A stretch of 64,000 nt of DNA from Glaucostegus cemiculus (Eukaryota). A program made the translations under genes and the position numbers. The notes beneath the pieces were generated by a model. The model ran no database searches. It was given only the letters and a program-made list of their open reading frames with translations, and was not told the origin of the DNA. Positions 1 through 10,584 of the stretch are shown here, one piece after another. The DNA lies in the NCBI GenBank assembly GCA_976551045.1, contig CDPCPM010000005.1:7564001-7628000 (forward strand). Direction: 5' to 3'. Position 1 is the first letter of the stretch, and the number at the start of each line of letters is the position of its first letter.

Positions 1-47
1 CATTAGCATGTAGTTTGAATTCTAAGACAACTACTGACTCCAGACCA

Positions 48-172
48 GTGCTGGAGTCATCCCCAGTTCAAAGGAAAATAGTTGAGGGTGTTGGGGGTCA
101 GTCCTCCTGGTCCCAGGAAATTACATGGTGCTTCAGTGCAGTCTCCTTGGGCTAATCATGTTTAACTGTTCA
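48..172 (+). mobile_element. Degenerate fragment of an old CR1-group LINE (RT region)
   Basis: Decayed match to the LESY..QRKMVVVV.GQSS.PQ segment better preserved at 28714-28926 (minus). Confidence 0.45.
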
Positions 173-250
173 AAGAAACTTACATAACTATGAAACAAAC
201 TTTCTTAGATTTATCCTCTTGCCACAGGAATTTTATTACCCTTGACAACT

Positions 251-342
251 GGGCTGCCCCCAGAATATTCTACGCAAAAGGTGCATTTCACTGTGTGTTT
301 CCATGTACATGTGACTAATAAAGATGGCTTATCTTATCTTAT
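251..342 (+). mobile_element. 3' tail fragment of V-SINE family A
   Basis: gggctgccccc...catttcactgtgtgttt...catgtgactaataaagat + (ttatc)n, the same tail as the full copies at 4093 and 60597. Confidence 0.8.
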
Positions 343-1689
343 TTGCTCCACACCATTAGTTTATTTGTTGAAATATTTATATAGGTGTTAAGACTCAATG
401 CCCAATGTGTTACCTTCCCTCTGGATAGGTGCACTGCAATCAGTGTTGGAAATTACAGAGTGCAGTTACAACCCTGGTGCCAGGATCCAACCCGTAGGCC
501 GTGTATCCTTAGTACTGACAGTGAAATTGAGCGCAAAAGGAGTCAATAAAGCAGGGTGCTTGCAGTTAATAGTGATATAAAATAAAACCTGTTTGGAAAT
601 ATTGAGATTTCTTGGAGCTGTTTGACTTTGGGAAAGGGGAGTTGATGTCGCCAGCCACTTGACCCAAAGAAAATTCCAAAGAAATTCCAAACTTGAAGCA
701 AGTCACCGTCAAGCATTGGTTAAATTCATAATTCCTCATTGGCATAACCATCAAACCTTACAAATGCTTAACTTCCTTGGCAAAGCAGATCAACTTAAAA
801 CCTGTCTCAAGTGCTATTGTTGTCAATCCTCTTGGTCTGAACCAGAGTCCACAGGAAGGATAAATGAATCTCTGGGGCCCTGTGAGTGACAGCAGTGGTG
901 CAAAAGCACTGAGGCTCACATTATTAGTTATTAATGATGTGAACAAAGAGTGTTTCATCATGCTGGGCTGTGAGAAGAACCGGGCCCTGTGAGGAATCTC
1001 TAGAGTTGTATCCAACCAGAGATGTTCACCCAACAAGATCAGTTTACTTTTAATTAGTTAGTAGCTACTTTTACATTGAAATTTAGTTCCAATTCAAGGA
1101 ACCAGATGCAGCATCTGAGTGGTGGCAGGTCAGTCTACGGGGCTGTTGACAGGCAAGGCAAGAGACAGATCTAACTGTTGCAGACACTGAGCTCAGTGTC
1201 AGACGCCAGACTGCCAGAACCTCAACCCAAACATAGAAATAACAAGTGACTCATGCAACGCAGTGTTATTTTTCTCATAATTGGAAAAAAAACCTGCACA
1301 AAATACAAACTTCCATTTGGTTGCAATTATACCAAAATGGAACATTTTCAATATCCAAAATTGGCTGATCTAAGCAAGTGTCACCCACACACAAGCTTTA
1401 CATTTTACACAAAAATTGATCTCAGCAGTGCAGTAATAATTGTGCATTGGCTATACAGACAAGAGAAAGCTGTTTAATGGCTGTTATTTCTTTCCAGGAC
1501 ATGCAATTCATGCAGGCATAACAAAGGAGAAACCTATTCTTTCCTACAGGTATTTTCTTATTGCAGCTAGTGTAAGAAACTGTAACATTTCGCCAAATAA
1601 AACAGTGTTGATTATCACTAGTGTAGAACTGGATTTTTGCTCAGCACTAATTACAGCAATTCCAGGGCTCCCAGAAAACACATCATGCT

Positions 1690-1993
1690 CCTCCCCAATG
1701 TTCCCATCTGTACACCATCCCTCCCTTACCTGGTTCCATTCATCACTTTTTTTCCTCATCAGATTCTATAATCTGCAGCCCTTTGTGGTCTCCACCAATT
1801 ACCTCCCAGCCTCTGTCACTATCTCCGCCTTTCCCTCCCCCACCTGGCTGCATCTGCCCATCAACCCCCTCCTCACCTGGATCCACCTATTGCTTGCCAG
1901 CTCCTGCCTCACCTTCCCCCCACCTCTTTCTATTGATTTTCTCCCCTTGACACTCTCAGTCCTAATTTAGGGTGTCAACCTGAAACGTCAACT
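1690..1993 (+). mobile_element. Penelope-like element terminal (pLTR-type) fragment
   Basis: Pyrimidine-rich tract ending cagtcctaatttagggtgtcaacctgaaacgtcaact (decayed CTGATGA-stem-GAAAC). The remaining end, tgcctgacctgctgaattcctccagc, appears at about 2520-2570. Family assignment is from memory of elasmobranch repeats. Confidence 0.5.
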
Positions 1994-2002
1994 CCAGGGA
2001 TA

Positions 2003-2297
2003 AAATAAGATATCTTTATTAGTCACATGCACATCGAAACACACAGTGAAATACATCTTTTCGCGTAGAGTGTTCTGGGGCAGCCCACAAGTGTCGCCAC
2101 GTTTCCAGTGCCAACATAGCATGCCCACAACTTTCTAGCCCATACGTCCTTGGAATGTGGGAGGAAACTGGAGCAACCGAAGGAAACCCACGCAGACACA
2201 GGGAGAACGTACAAACTCTTGACAGACAGTGGCCGGATTTGAGCTGGGGTTGCTGGCTCTGTAAAGCATTATGCTAACCGCTACAATACCGTGGCCT
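2003..2297 (-). mobile_element. V-SINE family A, full length
   Basis: Reverse strand: tRNA-like head (gcggttagcataatgctttacag), V-domain core (gagtttgtacgttctccctgtgtctgcgtgggtttcc...tttcctcccacattccaag), tail ...gtgactaataaagatatcttat. Confidence 0.9.
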
Positions 2298-3064
2298 GTC
2301 CTGTTCCCTGGCATTCATGTCCTTTTCCACGGTAAACAGATGAGAAATATTTGTTGAGGACCTCTCCTATATCCGGTGGCTCCACATATAGATAGCCTTG
2401 TTGATCTTTAAGATGCCCTGTTCACTCCTCCTATTTAACTGTTGTACTGGAAATGTGTATCTGGGTCCTGGGACTGAATGTTTCTGTGACACTGTGGAAC
2501 TGATGAGCTATTGGTGCCTCTTTGCCTGACCTGCTGAATTCCTCCAGCAGTTTGTATTTTGCTCCAGATCCCATTCTCTGACACACAATGATGGCAAGCA
2601 ACCCCCTTGGGAGGGGGGTGGGGGGCAATCCACCCATTGTGCCTTAATGGCTCTTTGGTACATTAACTAAAACCGATCACTTGATTTGCGATGATAGGAC
2701 TAGGTCAGTGGAGAAACGTGGGAATGTGGAAGAGAAACGGATGTAGATAGAACAGGAGAGATATGTAATTGGATTCAAAAGAACTAGGAGCCAAGATACA
2801 AGATACCTGGGTGATCTCAGGTAGGGAACAGTTAATACTCAAGGTTGAGGAGGGTAGAGAGAATGACAAGATGGCTGATGGAAACGGAAGGAGCAGAGTG
2901 AACAGACACATATGGATGGCTGAATTTGTTAGCAAGTCCTGGACTTGCCATTGAGCAGCACAGATCAGGGATATACTGCTGCTTCAACAGTGAACTGCCA
3001 GCTGTGCAGTCTATTGACATTGTTTGGTGAGATCCAGGCTGTTACATTTACCAGTGTGATTTGC

Positions 3065-3465
3065 AGTGGCTCATTGGGCCGCTTCAGAGGGCAGTTAAGA
3101 GTCACTGTGAAACAAATATAGCTCACTTAGGGTAAGACAGGAGACTTCCTTCCCTAAAATACATCACAGAGAAATACATACAGTTCCTTCATCACTTCTG
3201 GAACTCCTCCTCAACACCAGGAAAAACTACAACAGTTCAAGTGGACGGCTCACCATCAACTTCCCAAGGGCAAATATGGTTGGGCAATGCTCACAACACA
3301 CAAAAAAATAAATAAAGATATTGGTGAACTGGATCGTTTAATGGTATCTTGTAATTCCATGGTCAATATTACCAATTAACTCAGTTGAAGTAGTGGCATG
3401 ACAAGATTTGAGATCATATTTGTAAACCATTTGGCCAGGCCTCTGGATTACCAGTCCAGTGACAC
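3065..3465 (-). mobile_element. Old tRNA-derived SINE (family C), interrupted by a LINE 3' tail fragment at about 3190-3300
   Basis: Reverse strand starts tcactggactggtaatccagagg and ends gactcttaactgccctctgaa; similar to 23215-23460 and 26280-26590. Confidence 0.5.
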
Positions 3466-4092
3466 AGATGTCTGGGTTTTGCATGATAATTTGACCTAAA
3501 TCATTGCCGTTTACTCCATCCCCCCCAACCCCCTACCGTGTAACTGACAACAAATGTTGGGATTTCCATGCACGAGTACATACACCAATGTACAGATACA
3601 GACGCAATTGAAGAAATTCCGAAGTCTGTGGCAGTGACTTGCTGTTCAGCAGTGAGCTGAAGTCTAATGTGCATTCCTCATGGAGTTCACCTTGGAAGCT
3701 GGCCCTACCTGCTCAACAACTTGATGGCAACTGTGACTTAAATGCAAGGCAATGTCTGGAAGAGTCTCAGGCAAAAGTTTAGCAATAGAAAAAATAACTT
3801 CCACTTGGTCATTTTTAAGAAGTCATTTATAAAATTCCTTGGTGTGTTATTTGGATGTATGTTAAGTAATTCCAAGAATTTTTATATAAATCACATGACT
3901 TAGTTTTAAAATAACTCATTAAAAATTCTTGGAATTAAAATACTTACAAATAATTCCAAGAATTTTTATAAATAATGTTTTTTAATATAGTTGAAATGCT
4001 TTTATTTTAAGTTCTTTAAGTTTTAAACACTTATTTTACATTAATTATTTATCTGTTTTAGTTATTGGTTAAAATAGTTTTCAGTGTTTTTA

Positions 4093-4378
4093 GCATTGTG
4101 GTTAGCAGAATGCTTTACAGCGCCAGCAACCCGGATTCAAATCTGGCCGTTGTCTGTAAGGAGTTTGTACATTCTACCCGTGTCTGTGTGGGTTTCCTCC
4201 GGGTGCTCTGGTTTCCTCCCACTTTCCAAAGACGTACAGGTTAGGAAGTTATGTGCATGCTATGTTGGCACCAGAAACGTGGCAACACTTGTGGGCTGCC
4301 CCCCAAAAATCACTACACAAAAGGTGTATTTCATTGTGTGTTTCGATGTACATGGACTGATAAAGATCTTATCTTATC
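4093..4378 (+). mobile_element. V-SINE family A, near full length
   Basis: tggttagcagaatgctttacagcgccagc head, V core, tail gactgataaagatcttatcttat. Confidence 0.9.
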
Positions 4379-6744
4379 TGTTGAGTGCTTCTAAAATATT
4401 AAGGCAGACAATTCTGGGCAAGCCCAAGTATGTGACTTAGCTGACCATCAATTTTCCTTCACATTTTGTGGACAGGGTTTGTTTTTCACTACCTGGACCA
4501 TGTTTTTCAATATGAAGGTCTAGGACCTTACTGTGGAGAATCTTCCTGAAGCTTACCACATATCCCTGCGAGGGTGATCTCCAAATGTTAAGTTGTTTTT
4601 AAACCAAGGTCTATTGTGAGTTGACAATGTCCATTCCCGGCAGAAAACCTACCCCATCCATTTATACTGGCATCCCTCCAGCGTCTCAAACCATCCTCAC
4701 ACTAGTCAATTTAAGCAACTATTTAGCAATTCCCTTAATATTAATTTGCCTTATTAATAAGAAATGAAAAAGGACCAAAATGCAATTAGATAATTAGATA
4801 TACAAAGAAAGAGCGAGAGAGAGAGCAATGCAGAAGACTGAACTGTCGGTTTCAAAAGTGAATAGTGAGAACAGGATTTGTGTGGCAGTACTATTCATTA
4901 CTCATGGAATCAAAGTTCCTCCATCCTCTAGTTCTTTCTGTGACTCTTGCCCACCCAAGGCTTCCCTCCTTTGCCACGTATAGTTTACTTCGATTCCCAA
5001 GAGGAGGAGGCATGCGGAACTTCTCAAGTTAATGACTGTTGTCACAAAGCCATGAGAAAAAATACTCAAGTAGTAAGTGTAATCTTAATGAGACAAGTGT
5101 ATTATTGTTTGGAGATGGTTGGATATCTTGTAATTAAAATACTTCTAACTGGAGTTATCAAACTTCTTTAAAAGATGCAGTATTCCTTATTTCACCTGCT
5201 TCCTATGGGAAGCACTCCAAACACAAAACAACTTTGTATAAAGAAACTTTCCTTACCATCCTTCCATATCCTTGGGGACAAATTTAAGTTGATGGCTTGT
5301 CATTATATCCCTAGTGAAAATCATTTCTTCTCATTATTTGATCTTTTTCACAAAGCAATCGACTAAATAACAACATATTTTGAGCACCTTCTGCATGTAA
5401 CCAAGGCATCTCCACCACTAATTTCTAAAAATGTTGGACTGTCAAAGCAAAATAGAGCTCTTGAGACATCTCGCTTATCTTCACAGCTGCATCCCAATAT
5501 CAGATGACAAGTAATTAAGAGGTAGGTTGAGAAATTTGTACATGATAACACACGATTCAACACCAGAATAAGAACAAAGCAACCGTGCTAAAACCATTTA
5601 CAATTTGCCAAAACAAATGCAATATATTTGAATTGTCATCAGATAGCTGCAAGGCACGATACTAAAAAAGTGAAAATTTGGAATTTAAAATATGAAAATG
5701 TATCCACTTTTCCATCATCTATCAAAAACAAAGGAGCCATCAGCTGACAACTTACCCAACACAACAACTTTGTCTAACACCTTCCTGACAAAAGTTGCAA
5801 ATATTCACACAGCATGATTCAATACTGTGAGAGCTGTAATTTTTTTTCACTTGTAACGTTTCTGTGAAGAAAGTAATTTTATCAGGCTTGCACTCTTCCT
5901 CTTTTTACATTTCTGAGTGGTGCAACATATTGAGATAGGCAGTTTCATCAAAGTAAACACTTAAGTAAAACGATTTGGAGAAATATTGGAAAATAAAGAA
6001 AACATCAAGAAAAGAAGAATAGAAACTACATACCAAGTCCTTCAAGTCACTTACCCTCTTGAAAGCTATATTGGTTAATGACACACTGTCAAAATGTACA
6101 GGAAGTTTCAGCTCAAACTGGTTGGTCAGTGCTGCAGATAATTTGAGCAGAAAGGAGCATGCAAGATCATTTTGCAGACATTGGCTAAAATGCTTTCCTG
6201 TAATTGTTACAAAAGTCCTCAATTGCAGAAATGGATCCATTTCATCTCTCAAAACAACCCAAACTGTAAAATAATTATTTTGGATTAACACGTTGTTTTT
6301 GTTTGGTATAGTCCTCTTTTGTAGTTTTTAACACTGCTAGCAGCTATATCCAGTGTAGTACACTCTGGGCAAATTGGCAAACTTGCTGCGATTTAGCACA
6401 GGAGGAAATTATGACATCCATCCAGTCCACACGATTTTGGGTTTAAGACCTGGTGTGAACAGCAAAGTTTGCCAGTCACATAGTAAAGTCATGTTCACCA
6501 CATTGTCTTGGGAAACAATTTCTCACAACTTCAAGCATCTACAAGAGGACCAGCACCAAGTACTTACTGCATGGCTGCTGACATGTATGGACGGTAGCAA
6601 TGGGTGAATAAAGAGGAAACAAAGTTGTTCCATTTGGTGCAAGCAAATGTTTTCATGTCTTACAGTTGTTAATTTGCACAGTTTTTAAATCAACCTTTAT
6701 TTCAAAAGACCAGAATTGCCCTGGAGTCTCTAGGAATTATATGA

Positions 6745-7805
6745 GTCAAAATTATCTCCAAACTCCTAGACCTGGGACTCAGCACCTCCCCTTGCAACTG
6801 GATCGTTGACTTCCTGACCAACAGATTGCAATCAGTAGGGATAGGCAGCAACACCTCCACCATGATTATCCTCACAAGGCTGCATCCTCAGCCCCTTACT
6901 TTACTCCCTATACACTCATGACTGTGTGGCCAGATTCTGCTCTAACTCTATCTACAAGTTCACAGATAACACCACTGTAGTGGGCTGGATCTCAAATAGC
7001 AATGGAAAGCTTAGTGACATGGTGTCATGACAACAACCTTTCCCTCAATGTCAGCAAGACAAAAGAACTGGTCATTGACTTCAGGAAAATGGTCTGTGTA
7101 CATGCACCTGTCAACATTAATGGTGCTGAGGTGGACATGGTTAAGAGCTTCAAGTTCTGAGGCGTAAACATCATCAACAGCTTGTCCTGGTTCAACCACA
7201 TTAATGCCAAGCCCAAGGAAGTGCACCATTGCCTCTAGTTCCTCAGAAGGCTAAGAAATTCAGCATGTTCCTGTTGACTTTCACCAATTTTTATGGATAC
7301 ATCACAGAAAGCATCTTAGCTGGATGCATCACAGCTTGGCATGGCAACTGCTCTAACCAAGACTGCAAGAAATTGCAGAGAGTTGTGGACACGGCTCAGC
7401 ACATCATGGAACCATCCTCACCTCCATGGACCCTGTCTACACTTCTTGCTGCCCTGGAAAAGCAGCCAGCATAATCAAAGACCCCACCCAACCTGGTCAT
7501 TCTCTCTTCTTCCCCCTTCCATTGGCAGAAGATACAAAAGCTTGAATGTACATACCACCAGACTCGAAGACAGCTTCTATCCCACTGTTATAATACTATT
7601 GAATGGACTTCTTGTATGATAAAGATGAACTCTTGACCTCAAATTGTACTTCATCATGGCCCTTGCAGCTTATTGTCTACCTGCACTTTCTCTGTAGCTG
7701 TAACTGTAATGTTATATTCTGCATTCTGTTATTGTTTTTCCCTTGTACGACCTCAATGTACTCATGTTGTGAAATGCTATCTCGGTACATGTGACAATAA
7801 TAAAC
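6745..7805 (+). mobile_element. Rex1/Babar-clade LINE, 5'-truncated and decayed
   Basis: Collinear with about 12190-13318; frames give [17 protein letters not shown] and ITESILAGCITAWHGN; 3' end gtacatgtgacaataataaac. Confidence 0.85.
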
Positions 7806-10584
7806 TAATGATCTCTTGGATCCTGCTATGAATAAGTGGAGAGAAAAATCATCTGGATAACTATCCATAGCACATGAATTTCTTTTCAAATAGTAACTGA
7901 TGTGTTTGGACATGGGTCTGACTTACATAACATAGAGACAAAGTTCAATGCTTGAAGCTGGTAAGTACGTGTGTGCATGTGATGATTAAAGTCAGAGTTT
8001 TACAGCCTGTGCTGTTTAACCATTGTTACTCTTACAGAACTCAGCCCCCCAAGTTATCCTCATTCAATCCTTCCAGATTCAAACTATGGCTTTTCTCTTC
8101 ACATATCCCCACCACGTCACCTCCTCTTTGTGCCCATTGCCAGGTGAACAGTTACTGTTCATAAAACTACCTCAGTGTGGCAGCTGTTTGAAACACACTT
8201 TTGGTTGGTGACGCAGAGGAAGGGAGCAATTGTAATCTGTCTACGTGTTTCTGGGAAGGAAAGCATTATTCTGGTAAATCACATCACGTGCCTAGTGTAT
8301 ACCTCAAACCCTTTTCTCTGGGAGTATAATGAATGGCCTTTGAAATGCTGAACCTGTATTTAGAAAGTACTTATCGCAACTTCAAATGTCACAAACTACT
8401 TTACACCTAATGGATTACTTTTCAATTCAATTCTTGTTACATATACAAACGTGGCATCTGAATAGACACGGGAACAGGTCACATCTCAGACCCTGCCAGC
8501 AGCACTGAGATCACCATTACTATCAGTGTACTTTATTGATTGAAGGCTTAGAAGTAACTATGTAGTTTAGCAACGAATATCAAGGCTAAATATTTTGCAC
8601 ATTTGAGGAGAAATAGATGGCCACCAGATTCATCAATTATAACTTGAAAATGGGATGGCCTGTTCTCGAACCAGCTGAGGCCAGACATGGATGTATTGGA
8701 TTGAGATAAATTACGTTGGCGGTAACCACTATTTCCATTCTCTTTGAGTGCCACAATCACCTGAAGTGGACTTAATTAGCAGTGAAAGACCTTTGCTTTC
8801 AACCGATTTTCTACTTGCCTGTGGCAAAAGGGAATTTGAAGCCTATTCTCTCCAGATTAGGGTGAATCCTCTCCTTGCCCTCAATGGATTAGCCAGTTTG
8901 CCTGATAGTACTGATGTGGAAAAGGTATAGAACCAATTTATATTTGTCATTGTAATGGCCAGATGATAGTCTTAACTAATAATTTCATTAAATGTTTATT
9001 TTAATTTTTGCCACTTTTGCCAACTTTCCATGATCTAGATAATATCTTAGAACTGTCCCACTCTGAGCGATTTTGAGTTTTTTGGCAAGCCATTCCACCC
9101 AGATACATTGACTCACTTGAGGCAACAAAGGACACATTTGCATTTAAGCTGTAAAGGAACACATTGCATCAACATTTGTTCCAATTGTTAGTTATTAAGC
9201 AAATTTATGAAATAAAATATGTGAACATGTAACAGCTATAAGCCATTTCCTCAAAACGGTACAAAAGGTTGTGAAATTAAATTCTAATGTCTCTATAAAT
9301 GCTGTATTCACTGTTTCCCTTCTGGCTTCCTTCCAGCTGTTTCTTTTAAAATTTACTTGTTGGAGGATATTTGCCTGTTTGATTCAGCTGCACAAAGGAC
9401 TGATTACCACACCTACTCTTTACAGCTCTCCACACAGCTCCGGGAATAGTCAGAACCCACAGTGTCAGTATGCCTGTCCAATCTTATCCATTACTGAGCC
9501 AGCCACAGAATCTACATCTATACATTTGTTAAAACTTTCCTCAGTCGTGTTAACATGGAGACAGGTTTCACAATGCATGTAATGCAATAGGTTGGAGATG
9601 CACACGGCTTTATGAGCTGTTAAACATTGTGTCTCATTTACGAAAGCAGCTATTGGGTTAGATGTCTTATTGAATCAATTTATTTTTCTCACAGTAATGG
9701 CTCCAACTATCTTGAGCACCCATATGCAGCTTTAAGTGAAAGTTATCCACATGCCCACAAATTCTTTAAAATGGCTCTTAGCTGACTTCTAGGTCCGTTA
9801 CTGATGGTAACTCTGGACCCTACTCCAGCAGAATGAAAACGATCTTCAGTATTAATCAATGCCATTTCAATTCCTGGTATGTCCTGTAACTACTGAGTTA
9901 GCGCTGACACACAATATCAAAGCTTCTTTGGTAGCAATGGACTTTTTCCAACACCTAATTTAATACAACAGCATTTTGTAGGATTATTAAGTTTTATCAT
10001 GCTTTGACCAGGGTGCAAACATCTGTTTCCTCAGGGTGCATTTTGTGAACCCAAGCCAACTTGGCAAGTTATCAGGTTTACGTGACAGGCACCTATACAA
10101 GTATTGTCAATGCAAATTAGGTTATAACGTCTTGCACAACACTTAAAGCCGTTAGCAAACGTCCTCAACAACAATAGGGACAGTTACTTAGTTGTGATGC
10201 AAGTAATGCTTTGCCCAGATATTTGCCCAAATACACCTTGTGACCTCATGGGTCCCTAGGTGGATGAGGCTGAAGTTAGAATTTGTATCTTAGTCTTTTG
10301 TACACCAGTGATTTTTTATTAATAATTTTCTAGCTGCATTTTCTCTGAACAAGGACCCTCTCTAGGTTTTGCAGGATTTTCCTGGAAAGAAGAGCCTGGC
10401 TCCAAAGAAACATGAGAGAAAAAAATAAATCCCTAGACCAACTAGTTTATATAACCTAGGATTTGGTTTGACCCACGAGTCTGATTTAATGTAAATTAGG
10501 AGATGTAAAGAATATGTTCATCACTTAAGTTCGGACAAGGAGAACATAAGAAATAGAAATCTATCCAGGCCAGTTCACTTCAGC

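Noticed and set aside
1440-1970. 176-aa ORF
   Set aside because: Mostly the pyrimidine-rich Penelope-like terminal fragment; low-complexity P/L/S translation with no domain.
7955-7970. Plus-strand donor-like CTG|GTAAGT
   Set aside because: No supporting acceptor or ORF upstream (that sequence is a LINE tail); expected by chance.
8643-8760. Possible minus-strand exon VIVALKENG...RPSHFQ
   Set aside because: Plausible acceptor but weak donor (CAA|GTTATA) and no convincing homology to CNK linkers.
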